From positions 310,001 to 374,000 of the forward strand of contig JAPDFW010000073.1 in the NCBI GenBank assembly GCA_028826165.1: a stretch of DNA of 64,000 nucleotides. Reading direction: 5' to 3'. Position numbers and translations under genes: made by a program. The first letter of the stretch is position 1, and each line of letters opens with the position of its first letter. Shown here piece by piece: positions 9,708-22,853 of this stretch. The notes below the pieces were generated by a model. The model saw only the letters and a program-made list of their open reading frames with translations. It was not told the DNA's origin and ran no database searches. This DNA is from Anaeramoeba ignava BMAN (taxonomy: Eukaryota > Protista > Anaeramoebae).

Positions 9708-12700
9708 TTAATTTAAAATTAAATCAATTATTGAATTTGGATTTAATTGGAAATAATCTTTTAAATCATAAAATTCTTTGTTAATTTTAATTTCTTCTTC
9801 AAATTCATCATTATAAAGAAAGTAAATAAATTGATTAATTGTTTCAAATGATTTTCCTGAATAATCATGAACTTGATTTGATTGATCTTGAATATTTAAT
9901 TCAAACATTCCTTTAAACAATTCACTTCTTAATATTAATATTAATTTATGAACTTTAATTTCTTTTTCTTCACAAATAATTCTAAAATCTTTTGTTTCAT
10001 TTTCTTGATATAATTTTGATAAATCTTTTATTATTCCTTTTCTTCCTTTTTTTTCATTAACCCAATTTAAATCGAATCCAATTTCTTCAAAAAAACTTAT
10101 TACTCTATTTTCATTTTCATTTTCATTTTCAGAAATTTGTTTCAATTCTTCTGCTCGTGGATTAGTTTGATCAGATTCAAATGGATAATCATCTGGGAAC
10201 ATATCAAAATCTGGATATTCATATGTGTAAGTATATCCTGATTCATTTTGAATAATGAATTGATTACGATATTGATCAAAATCAGGAAATCCAGTATAAA
10301 GAAAATTTAGAAGAATTTCAACTTCTTCTTTTGATTTTTGAGAACAAATATCAATAAATTTTTGTAAAATAGATTCATTATTATCAAATCTTGTTAATAA
10401 AATTGGTTTATGAACTTGAAATTTGGAAGAATCATTTGATTGAATTTGTAAATCTTTTAAGTTATTAGTTGATTTTAATAAATTATTCATATCTTCATTA
10501 ATTGAATAAACTTGAGAAAAAAGTGTCAAAAATTGTTGAGAAATTTCAAGATGTTCTAAATCAAAAATTTTCGCATCATTCATCAACAATATTATAATGA
10601 ATTTGCTATTCGCATTTTGAATTGATGTTGAAAGTAAAGATTTATTCTCATTTGAAACAGAATTCACATCAGCACCTTTTTCAATCATAAATTTAACAAT
10701 TTCAAATGATTTTAAATAATTATTGCAAATATAATAAAGAGGTGTTTCATTTCATTTATTTTTGGAATTAATATCAGCTCCTTTTTCAACAAGATATTTG
10801 ATAATCTCAAGAGAATTTTTGTATTTGCAAATATAATGGAGAGGTGTTTCATTTCCATTATTTTTGGAATTAATATCAGCTCCTTTTTCAATAAGATATT
10901 TGATAATTTCAAACGAAGAGTTCTGACAAGCATAATGCAAAGGTGTTTCATTTCTATCATTTTTGGAATTAATATCAATTCCTTTTTCCAGAAGAAATTT
11001 GATAATTTCAAATGGATTTTTATATTTACAAGCAAAATGCAAAATAGAGTCGTTTTTGTAATCAAATTTTATATTAACATCTGCACCTTTATTAATAAGA
11101 AAAGAGAAAACTTCAATTGTGTCTTTAATTCCAAAGCTAAATCTTAGCAAAGCAAAGCATAAAGCTGTTTCATTTCGGCTATTTTTGGAATTAATATCAG
11201 CTCCTTTTTCAATAAGATATTTGATAATTTCAAACGAAGAGTTTTGACAAGCATAATGCAAAGGTATTTGATTTATATTTGTTTTTGGATTAATATCAGC
11301 TCCTTTTTCAACAAGAAATTTGATAATATCAAATATTGATGGTTCGTCTTTTTGGGATTGATTAAAACAAATAAAATATAACGGTGTTTCTTGGAAAATT
11401 GTTTCTGCATTAACATCTGATCCTCTTTCAACAAGATATCTTATAATTTCAAGTGAAATGAGTCTTGTACAAGCATAATGCAAAGGAAGATATGAATGAT
11501 AATTCACAATATTAATATCTGCAAGATTTTCAACAAGGCATTTGATAATTTTAAATAGAGTCTCTTTCGGACAAGAAAAATCATTTTGACAAATTATATG
11601 CAAAGCTGTGTTTTTCATATTTCTTATTTGTGCATTAATATCTGCTCTTTTAGAAACAAGAAGGTTAATAAGTCCCACAGTATATTCGTTTGGATAAGAA
11701 CAAATCACCAAAAGTGGTGTTTTATCTTCAAAATTTTTAGCATTAATATCAGCTCCTTTTGCAATAAGAAATTTAATAACTTCAACACATGTTTGAATTT
11801 TTTCACAATTAAATAAAGAAAAACATGCAGTATGCAAAGGTATCTCAACAGAACTACTTTTGGCATTAATATCTGCTCCTTTTTCAACAAGAAATTGCAC
11901 AATTTTCGTTGAATTTGCGTTTATGTTTTCACAAGCCAAATGCAATGATGTTTTCTTATCACCCTTTTTTTGTGCTTTAATATTTGCTCCTTTTTCAACA
12001 AGTAATTTAATAACTTCAAATGAATTACTTCCTTTATGTTGACAAGCAAAAAGCAAAGGAGTCATGTGATCCTGAGCTATTTCAACATCCAATTCAGCTC
12101 CCTTTTCAACAAGAAGTTTTGCTAATTCAAATGAATTTGGATGATCACATTTGCAAATAAAATGTAAAGGAGTAAGTTGATATTCTGTTTGTGCTTTAAT
12201 ATTTGCTCCTTTTTCAATAAGAAATTTAATCACTTCAAGTGAATTTTGATGTTCACAAGCATAATGTAAAGGTGTTATAAAATATTTATTCTTAGAATTG
12301 ATATCTGCTCCTTTCTCAATCAAAAATTTGATAATTTCAAATGAATTTTTATAATGACAAGCAAAATGTAAAGGTGTTCCTTCCCAATTAGTTCGAGCAT
12401 TCACATTTGCTCCTTTTTCAACAAGAAATTTAATCACTTCAAACGAATTTTGATATTCACAAGCATAATGCAAAGGAGTTAATTCATAAGTTGTAAAAGC
12501 ATTAACATCAGCTCCTTTTTCAATAAGAAATTTAATCACTTCAAGTGAGTTTTGATATTCACAAGCAAAATCCAAAGGAGTCTGATTTTGATTTGCTTTT
12601 GAATTAATATCTATTCCTTGATCAACAAAAAATTTGATAATTTCAAGTGCATTTGGGTTTGTATTCTGAGAAGCATAATGCAAAGATGTTTGTTTTTGAG

Positions 12701-13547
12701 CTGTTTCGGAATAAATATTTGCTCCTTTTTCAACAAGAAATTTAATCACTTCGAACGAATTTTGATATTTGCAAGCATAATGCAAAGGAACCTCTTGTAA
12801 ATCTGTTTGTGAATTAATATCTATTCCTTGATCAACCAAAAATTTGATAATTTCAAGTGCATTTGGGTTTGTATTGCGACAAGCATAATGAAAAGCTTTT
12901 TCTGTTGTGATCTTTTTTGGATTAATATCAGAAGCTTTTTCAATAAGAAATTTAATAACATCAACTGAATTTTGATATTGAAAAGCATAACGAAAAGGTG
13001 TTTGCATAAAATTTCCTTTTTCAAAAATATCAGCTCCTTTTTCAACAAGAAATTTGATAACATCAACTGAATTTTGATATTGACATGCATAATGTAAAGG
13101 TGTCTCATTTTCATTTGTTTTTGAATTAACATCAACACCCTTTTCAATAAGTAATTTAATAACTTCAAATGAATTTTCATATTTGCAAGCAAAATGTAAA
13201 GGTGTTTCTTTGTTATTTGTTTTAGAATTAATATCTGCTCCTTTTTCAACAAGAAATTTAATCAATTCAAATGAATTAGAATGCTTATATATACAAGCAA
13301 AATGTAAAGGTGTTTCTTCTAAATACAAGGCTTTAATATTTAATTTAGCTTTTTTTTCAACAAGAAATTTGATAATTTCAAGTGAATTTTCTTGCTGATA
13401 TTTGCAGACAAGATGCAAAAGTGTTTTTCTTTTCTTTGTTTTTGAATTAATATCAACACCTTTCTCAATCAAAGATTTAAACATTTCAAATAAGTTGGAA
13501 TTTTTCTTTTTACATAAATCAATTATTAATTTTTGATTTTTCTCCAT
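9708..13547 (-). CDS. Long ankyrin-repeat protein with C-terminal tandem BTB domains (copy B), interrupted by one in-frame TGA at 10754-10752
   Basis: More than 20 TPLHxAC...IIKFLxEKGADIN repeats. ORFs 10752..13547 and 9708..10688 share one frame (NSKNK*NETPLYYIC). BTB motifs FQVHKPILLTR and IKVHKLILILRSELF. Confidence 0.85.
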
Positions 13548-13613
13548 TTTATTTAATTTTTTTTTATTTTTAAATGAAAGAAAAAAAATGAAAAAAAATT
13601 TTTATTTAATTAA

Positions 13614-16600
13614 TTAATTTAAAAATAAATCAATTATTGAATTTGGATTTAATTGGAAATAATCTTTTAAATCATAAAATTCTTTGTTAATTTTAATTTC
13701 TTCTTCAAATTCATCATGATAAAGAAAGTAAATAAATTGATTAATTGTTTCAAATGATTTTCCTGAATAATCATGAACTTGATTTGATTGATCTTGAATA
13801 TTTAATTCAAACATTCCTTTAAACAATTCACTTCTTAATATTAATATTAATTTATGAACTTTAATTTCTTTTTCTTCACAAATAATTCTAAAATCTTTTG
13901 TTTCATTTTCTTGATATAATTTTGATAAATCTTTTATTATTCCTTTTCTTCCTTTTTTTTCATTAATCCAATTTAAATCAAATCCAATTTCTTCAAAAAA
14001 TTCTATAAGAATCATTTCTCTCATTTCAATTTTATTTTCTGATTCATTTTGAATAATGAATTGATTACGATATTGATCAAAATCAGGAAATCCAGTATAA
14101 AGAAAATTTAGAAGAATTTCAACTTCTTCTTTTGATTTTTGAGAACAAATATCAATAAATTTTTGTAAAATTGATTCATTATTATCAAATCTTGTTAATA
14201 AAATTGGTTTATGAACTTGAAATTTGGAAGAATCATTTGATTGAATTTGTAAATCTGAAAAATTATTAGTTGATTTTAATAAATTATTCATATCTTCATT
14301 AATTGAATAAACTTGACAAAAAATTGTTAAAAATTGTTGAGAAATTATTATTTGATTTCCCAAATCCAAAAAATTTACATCATTCATCAACAATATTTGA
14401 ATCCCTTTTTCGTTCTCATTTTGAATTGATATTGAAAGTGGTGATTCTCCATAACCATTTTGAAAATTTATATCAGCACCATTTTCAATAAGCAATTTAA
14501 TCACTCCAAATGAATTTTTATATCTGCAAGCAAAATGTAAAGGTGTTATGCTATCTTTGTTTTTGTAATCCACATCAACACCTTTTTCAATAAGAAATTT
14601 AACAATTTCAACTGAATTTTGAGATTGACAAACAATATGTAAAAGGAGTTTCATTTTCATTTGTTTTTGAATTAATATCAGCTCCTTTTTCAACAAGTAA
14701 TTTAATAACTTCAAATGAATTTTCATATTTGCAAGCATAATGCAAAGGTGTCTCATTTCTATCTGTTTTTGAATTAATATCTGCTCCTTTTTCAACAAGA
14801 AATTTAATCACTTCAAATGAATTTTTATATTCACAAGCAAAATGTAAAGGTGTTCTATTATTTTTGGCTTGATAATTAACATCAGCACCTTTTTCAACAA
14901 GAAATTTAATAATTTCAAATGATTTCTTGTATTTACAAGCAATATGTAAAGGCTTCTCTCTTGTTTTTGTTTTTCTATTAACATTAGATCCTTTTTCAAT
15001 AAGAAATTTAATAATTTCAAGTGAATCTTTATATTGACAAACAATATGTAAAGGAGTCTCATTTTCATTTGTTTTTGAATTAATATCTGCTCCTTTTTCA
15101 ACAAGTAATTTAATAACTTCAAATGAATTTTCATATTTGCAAGCAAAATGTAAAGGTGTCTCATTTCTATCTGTTTTTGAATTAATATCAGCTCCTTTTT
15201 CAACAAGAAATTTAATCACTTCAAATGAATTTTGATATCTGCAAGCAAAATGCAAAGGTGTTTCTTTGTTATTTGTTTTAGAATTAATATCTGCTCCTTT
15301 TTCAACAAGAAATTTAATCAATTCAAATGATTTAGAATGCTTATATATACAAGCAAAATGTAAAGGTGTTTCTTCTAAATACAAGGCTTTAATATTTAAT
15401 TTAGCTTTTTTTTCAACAAGAAATTTGATAATTTCAAGTGAATTTTCTTGCTGATATTTGCAGACATGATGCAAAGGACTTGCTTCACTGTTTTTTCTAG
15501 GATTAATTTTGGCTTTTTTTAATACTAGAAATTTGATAATTTCAAATGTATTTTGATGTTTAAATTGGCAAGCAATATCTAAAGGTGTTTCTTTCTTAAT
15601 CTTAGTTCTGACATTAACATCTGCTCCTTTTTCAATTAAATATTTAATAACTTCAATTGCATTTTTATTACAAACAAGATGTAAAGGTGTTTCATTTTGA
15701 ATTGTTTTATTTTTGACATTGGCTTTTTTTGAAACTAATAATTGGATAATTTCTAGCAAATTATTTTCTTGATATTTACAAACTAAATCTAAAGGAGTTT
15801 CTTTTTTCTTTGTTCTGACATTAACATCAGCTCCTTTTTCAATTAAATATTTAATAATTTCAATTGCATTTTTATTTTGATTTTGATTTTGATTTTTACA
15901 AATAAAATGCAAAGGAGTTTCATCTAAATCATTTTTGACATTAACATCTGCTCCTTTTTCAATTAAATATTTAATAATTTCAATTACATTTTTATTTTGA
16001 CTTTTGCAAGTATAATGCAAAATTGTTTCATATTTCAGATTTTTGATATTGACATCAATCCCATTTTCAATAAAGTATTTGATAACATCAATTACATTTT
16101 CATTTAGATTTTCATTTTGACAAATAATTTGTAAAGCTGTTTCATTTAAATTATTTGTAGCTTTAATATCTGTTCCATTTTGGATTAAATACTTAATAAT
16201 TTCAATTAATTTTCCATTTTGTTTTTGGCTTTCATTTTGACAAAGAAAATGTAAAGCTGTTTCATTTGAAGTAGTTCTGGCATCAAAATCTGCTCCTTTT
16301 TCAATTAAATATTTAATAATTTCAATTAAATTTTCATTCTGAAATTGGCAAACAAAATGTAAAGGCGTTTGTTTAAAATTAGCTCTGGCATTGATATCTG
16401 CTCCATTTTCAATTAAATATTTAATAATTTCAATTAAATTTTCATTTTGATTTTGACAAGCAAAATGTAAAGATGTTCGAGATAAATTAGCTTTGTCATT
16501 GATATCTGCTCCTTTTTCAACTAAATATTTAATAATTTCAATTACTTTTTCATTTTGACTTTGGCAAACAAAATGTAAAACGGATTCTTTTTTAATATTT

Positions 16601-16816
16601 TTGGCATTGATATCTGCTCCATTTTCAATTAAATATTTAATAATTTCAATTGCATTTTTCATTTTGTGATTGAGAAGCAAAATGTAAAGCTGTTTCATTA
16701 TATATTGTATGTGAATTAATATCTGCACCTTTTGAAACCAAAAATTTTATAATTTCAATTGAATTTTCTTTTTGACAAGCAATTAATAATTTTTCATTTT
16801 TTTGAGATTGTTTCAT
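13614..16816 (-). CDS. Long ankyrin-repeat protein with C-terminal tandem BTB domains (copy A); two +1 homopolymer frameshifts (~16655, ~14643)
   Basis: ATG at 16816 (MKQSQKNEKLLIACQKENSIEIIKFL). Ankyrin repeats continue across both frameshifts, and the BTB C-terminus is nearly identical to copy B. Confidence 0.85.
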
Positions 16817-17048
16817 TTTAATAAGAAGAAGAAAGAAAAAAAAATGAAAATCAAAAAAAAAGAGAAAAAAATGAGAAAAAAAAGAGAAAATGAGAATTTA
16901 TTCAAAAATTATTTTAAAATTATTCATAAGTGACTAAAAAAAAAAGAATAAAAGAAAAAATTTTTCATTTGATTAAGTTCATTCTTCTTTTTTTCTTTTT
17001 TTTTTACTTTTTACTTTTTACTTTTTGATTTTTTTTTAAAAACAAAAA

Positions 17049-18181
17049 ATGGATAGTGATGATATTGCAGCATTAGTTATTGATAATGGTTCAGGAATGT
17101 GTAAAGCAGGAATTGCAGGTGAAGATGCACCAAGAGCAGTTTTTCCATCAATAGTTGGAAGACCAAGATATTTAGGAGTTATGGTTGGAATGGGACAAAA
17201 AGATTCATATGTTGGAGATGAAGCTCAATCCAAAAGAGGGATGTTAACATTGAAATATCCAATAGAACATGGAATAATAACAAATTGGGATGATATGGAA
17301 AAAATCTGGCATCATACTTTTTATAATGAATTGAGAGTAACACCTGAAGAACATCCAGTCTTATTAACTGAAGCTCCATTGAATCCAAAGGCAAACAGAG
17401 AGAAAATGACTCAAATCATGTTTGAAACATTCAACTCTCCAGCAATGTATGTTGCTATTCAAGCAGTTTTATCACTTTATGCCTCAGGAAGAACAACAGG
17501 AATGGTTGTTGATAGTGGAGATGGTGTTTCTCATACTGTTCCAATTTATGAAGGATATGCTTTGCCTCATGCTATCATGAGAATTGATTTGGCTGGAAGA
17601 GATTTAACTGATTACTTAACAAAGATCTTGACTGAAAGAGGATATTCATTTGTTACAACTGCTGAAAGAGAAATTGTCAGAGATATCAAAGAAAAATTGA
17701 GTTATGTTGCTTTGGATTTTGATCAAGAAATGGAAATTGCAGCTGAATCTTCTACTATTGAAAAGAATTATGAATTACCTGATGGTCAAGTTATTACAAT
17801 TGGAAATGAAAGATTTAGATGTCCAGAAGTCTTATTTCAACCTTCTTTAATTGGAATGGAACAACCAGGTGTTCATGAAACAACTTATAATTCAATTATG
17901 AAATGTGATGTTGATATTAGAAGAGATCTTTATGGAAATGTTGTTTTATCTGGAGGTTCTTCAATGTTTCCAGGAATTGCTGATAGACTTCACAAAAGGA
18001 AATTACTCAATTATCTCCTCCTGCAATGAAAGTTAAGATTATTGCTTCTCCTGAAAGAAAATATTCTGTTTGGATTGGAGGATCAATTTTAGCTTCTCTT
18101 TCCACTTTTTCAAATATGTGGATTTCGAATGAAGAATATGAAGAATCTGGACCTTCTATTGTTCACAGAAAATGTTTTTAA
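17049..18181 (+). CDS. ACT: Actin (intronless; net +2 nt frameshift at ~17995, probably a sequencing error)
   Basis: [32 protein letters not shown]; after the shift [34 protein letters not shown]...[10 protein letters not shown]. Confidence 0.97.
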
Positions 18182-18294
18182 ATCTCAATCTAAATCTAAA
18201 TCTAAAATCAATTTCCAAATTCTTCTTTCTTTTTTGAAAATTCTTTTTTTTTTCTTTTTTGAAAAATGAACAATGAAAATCAAATTTTTTCAAT

Positions 18295-20125
18295 ATTTTT
18301 AATTTAATATTTAATTTATAAATTAATTTAAAAATATAATTTAATAATTAATTTCATGTTTAAAATAATAATTTATTGTTTTAGATTTAAATATTTTAAT
18401 TATTTAAATATTTAACATATAAATATAAAAAATGAAAATAGATTTAATTTAATATTTAATTTATAAATTAATTTAAAAATATAATTTAATATTTAATTTT
18501 ATTATTAAAATAATAATTTATTGTTTTAGATTTAAATATTTTATTATTTAAAAATTTAACATATAAATATAAAAATGGAAATAAGTTTAATTTAATATTT
18601 ATAAATTAATTTAAAAATATAATTTAAAAATTAATTTTATGTTTAAAATAATAATTTATTGTTTTAGATTTAAATATTTTATTATTTAAATATTTAACAT
18701 AAAAATATAAAAATAAGAATAGGTTTAATTTAATATTTAATTTATAAAATTAATTTAAAAATATAATTTAATATTTAATTTTATTATTAAAATAATAATT
18801 TTATGTTTTAAATTTAAATATTTTATTATTTAAATATTTAACATATAAATATAAAAATGAAAAAAAATAGATTTAATTTAAAATAAATTAATTTATAATT
18901 TAATATTTAATTTTATTATTAAAATAATAATTTAATGTTTTAGATTTAAATATTTTATTATTTAAATATTTAACATATAAATATAAAAAATAAGAATAGA
19001 TTTAATTTAATATTTAATTTATAAATTAATTTTAAAATATAATTTAATATTTAATTTTATTATTAAAATAATAATTTATTGTTTTAGATTTAAATATTTT
19101 ATTATTTAAATATATTTAACATATAAATATAAAAATGAAAATAGATTTAATTTAATATTTAATTTATAAATTAATTCAAAAATATAATTTAATTAATAAT
19201 TTTATGTTTAAAATAATAATTTAATGTTTTATATTTAAATATTTTATTATTTAAATATTTAACATATAAATATAAAAATAAGAATAGATTTAATTTAATA
19301 TTTAATTTATAAATCAATTTAAAAATATAATTTAATATTTAATTTTATTATTGAAATAATAATTTAATGTTTTAGATTTAAATATTTTTATTATTTAAAT
19401 ATTTAAAACATATAAATATAAAAAAATAAGAATAGGTTTAATTTAATATTTAATTTATAAATTAATTTAAAAATATAATTTAATATTTAATTTTATGTTT
19501 AAAATAATAATTTAATGTTTTAGATTTAAATATTTTATTATTTAAATATTTAACATAAAAATATAAAAATGAAAATAGATTTAATTTAATATTTAATTTA
19601 TAAATTAATTTAAAAATATAATTTAATATTTAATTTTATTATTAAAATAATAATTTAATGTTTTAGATTTAAATATTTTATTATTTAAATATTTAACATA
19701 TAAATATAAAAAACAAGAATAGATTTAATTTAATATTTAATTTATAAATCAATTTAAAAATATAATTTAATATTTAATTTTATGTTTAAAATAATAATTT
19801 AATGTTTTAGATTTAAATATTTTATTATTTAAAAATATTTAACATAAAAATATAAAAATAAGAATAGATTTAATTTAATATTTAATTTATAAATTAATTT
19901 AAAAATATAATTTAATATTTAATTTTATTATTAAAATAATAATTTAATGTTTTAGATTTAAATATTTTATTATTTAAATATTTAACATATAAATATAAAA
20001 ATAAGAATAGATTTAATTTAATATTTAATTTATAAATTAATTCAAAAATATAATTTAATATTTAATTCCATTATTAAAATAATAATTTATTGTTTTAGAT
20101 TTAAATATTTTATTATTTAAAAATA
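18295..20125. repeat. Tandem repeat family A (~144-bp unit, ~12.5 copies)
   Basis: Same unit. It ends in the same junction (TTTAAAAATATTTTGAAAATTGATTTTTG) as the array at 1768. Confidence 0.95.
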
Positions 20126-20515
20126 TTTTGAAAATTGATTTTTGAAATTAAAATTTTATCTTTTTTTTGAATTAAATTGAATTAATATTAATTTGGAAAT
20201 TTGTTTTAAAATTTAAATTTATTAATAATTTTTAAATTCCAAAAAAAAAATTAAATTAAAAATTAAATTAAAATAATTTTCCTTTTTTTTTAATAAAAAA
20301 ATTAATAAAAAATAATAATAATTTATTAATAAATTAATTTAAAATAATAAATTAAAAAGAAAATTAAATTAATTATTAATTTAAATTTATTCTTATTTTT
20401 TATATTTTTATTTATTTTCAAAATCCACTTTTTTTTATTCATTTTTTTTTAAATTTTTTTTTCATTTTTTCCTTTTTTTTTAAAACAAAAACAAAAACAA
20501 AAAAACAAAAACAAA

Positions 20516-22246
20516 ATGGATAATAATAATAATAATAACCAAATTCAAAATGCAAATGAAAATGAAAATGAAAATGAAATGAAAAATTTAGAAAAAAAAG
20601 TAACAAAAAATTTAATTAAAGATTATTCAAACCTTTTAAATGGAAATTCATTTAAAGATTTTTCAATTTTTGTTGAGAATAAATCAAATCCTTTTGAAAT
20701 TAAAGTTCATAAATCAATTTTATCTTCAAGATCTCCTTTTTTTAATGAATCATTAAGGCAAGAATCTCTTTCTATTTCTTTAAATCAATTTAATAAAAAA
20801 GAAATGGAATCAATTTTGAGTTATATTTATTATGGAAATATTTCTTTTGAGAATCAAGAAAATCTTATTCAATTATTGGAAATTTCAATTTATTTTAAAT
20901 TAAATTTATTGAAAGAAATTATTCAAAAAAAAATTTCAAATTCAATTAATTATTCAAATTTTTTCCAATTTTTATTCCAAAATCGAAATTTAAATTCAAA
21001 TGAAATTGAAATAAAATGTTTTGAATTAATAAATCAAAATTTTTCCCAAATTCAAAATAATGAGAATTTATTCAATTTAACTAAAGAAGAAATTATCAAA
21101 TTTATTCAATTTAAACAAGAAAAAAAAGAAATTTTTCAATTTGATTTTTTTCAATTTTTAAATAATTGGATTGAAAAAAGAAATCAAAGATTAAAAGAAA
21201 GAAAAAAAAAGAAAAAGAAAAAGGAATTGAAAAGAAAAGATTATTTCATTCTTTTTTTTCATTATTTGATAAAGATTCAATTTCAAAACAAGATTTTGAT
21301 AAATTAAAACAATTTGATTTTTTTCCTAAATCTTTTTTAGTTGATATTCAAAACAAAGTTATTCAAGACAATCAAAAAGAAATTGAAAACAAAGAAAAGG
21401 AAATTGAAGAGAAATGGAAGAAAGAAGTTGAAGATAAAAACAAAGAAATTGAAGATAAAAACAAAGAAATTGAAGATAAAAACAAAGAAATTGAAGATAA
21501 AAACAAAGAAATTGAGAATAAAGAGAAAGAGAATCAACAAATGAAAATTGAAATTGAAGAGAAATGGAAGAAAGAAGTTGAATGGAAGAAAGAAGGAAAA
21601 TCAACAAATGGAGAAGATTAAAGTGAATTTTGACTTGATTGTATTCCAAAAGAATTTTCCTCAATTTTCAGATTCAGAAATTATTAAAGATATTGAATAT
21701 GTTAAGAAATTACAAGAATGGATAAATGATAATGATTTTTTTTCTAAAATGAAAAAAGGATTTTCAGCAAAAAGAGATGGATTTTCTGGTGAAAATTGGC
21801 AAAAAGCAGTTGATGATAAAGGAAAAACATTAGTTATTATCAAAACAAAAGATAATTTTATTTTTGGAGGTTTTACTCAAGTTGGATGGACAATGAATAC
21901 ATCAAAATGGAGTTATAATGGAGGAAGTTGGGGAAGAATGAAAGATGAAAATGCATTTATTTTTTCATTAAGAAATGATAAAGGAGATAGAAATCCTGCA
22001 AAGTTTACAATTCAAAAAGGAAAAGAAGATTTAGCTATTCAATCACAAACAGTTTGTGGACCATATTTTGGATCAAACTCTCCAGATTTTTATTTATGTT
22101 CTAATTTACAACCTGGTTATTCAAATTTTGGTTCTCGATATAATCTACCTAATGGAATTACTTTTGAATCAAATGAAGCTTATAGTTATTTAGCTGGTTC
22201 TCATGATAAATGGGTTGTTGATGAACTTGAAACTTATTTCATTTAA
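20516..22246 (+). CDS. BTB-coiled coil-TLDc protein, copy 2 (frameshifts at ~21200 and ~21585 in A/G-rich runs)
   Basis: The N-terminal ~225 aa are almost identical to copy 1. The TLDc domain is in ORF 21548..22246. Confidence 0.85.
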
Positions 22247-22339
22247 AAATTAATTTTCTTTTTTTTTTTCAAAATTTAATTCAATTTTAATTTACTTTCA
22301 ATCAAATAAAATTCTTCAAATTAATAAATAAGAAAGATT

Positions 22340-22853
22340 CCAAATAAAATTATTATTTAAAATTATTAAAATTAAATAAATATTTTTATTAAAATATTTC
22401 AATTTAAATTTTGATTAAATTTTTTAATAATCAAAATAAAATAATTTGTAAATAAAAAGTATTAGTTTAATCAAATAAAATTATAATTGAATTTAAAATA
22501 AAATTAAATCAAATAAAATAATTATTTAAAATTATTAAAATTGAATAAATATTTTTATTAAATTATTTCAATTTAAATTTTGATTTAATTTTTTAATAAT
22601 CAAAATAAAATAATTTGTAAATAAAAAGTATTAGTTTAATCAAATAAAATTATAATTGAATTTAAAATAAAATTAAATCAAATAAAATTATTACTTAAAA
22701 TTATTAAAATTAAATAAATATTTTTATTAAATTATTTCAATTTAAATTTTGATTTAAATTTTTTAATAATCAAAATAAAATAATTTGTAAATAAAAAGTA
22801 TTAGTTTAATCAAATAAAATTATAATTGAATTTAAAATAAAATTAAATCAAAT
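22340..22853. repeat. Tandem repeat D (~169-bp unit, 3 copies), a diverged relative of family B
   Basis: GTATTAGTTTAATCAAAT at ~22459, 22628 and 22798. It shares ATTATTAAAATTAAAT...TTTATTAAAATATTTCAATTT with repeat B. Confidence 0.85.

Noticed and set aside
10752-10754. Genome-wide TGA reassignment or selenocysteine
   Set aside because: TGA terminates other genes here (113, 24774, 41910, 54012). The site is a variable ankyrin loop position, not a redox Cys, and I recognised no SECIS element.
2767-15454. Short antisense or off-frame ORFs over the BTB-TLDc and ankyrin genes
   Set aside because: They are shadows of repetitive coding sequence with no independent protein features.
6400-18295. 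A second target-site duplication at the inner cassette junctions (AAAAATGAA at ~6406 and ~18262)
   Set aside because: This is a low-complexity word common throughout the window and is not flush with both array ends.
14640-21600. Programmed frameshifts or pseudogenes in ankyrin-BTB copy A, actin and BTB-TLDc copy 2 (also AP5Z1 and EPC)
   Set aside because: All are 1-2-nt indels in homopolymer or purine runs, even in well-conserved actin, which is typical of long-read error. Real decay cannot be excluded without polishing.
3330-22246. Diversity-generating retroelement as the cause of TLDc variation
   Set aside because: No reverse transcriptase or template repeat is present. The differences include indels and are not restricted to adenines.
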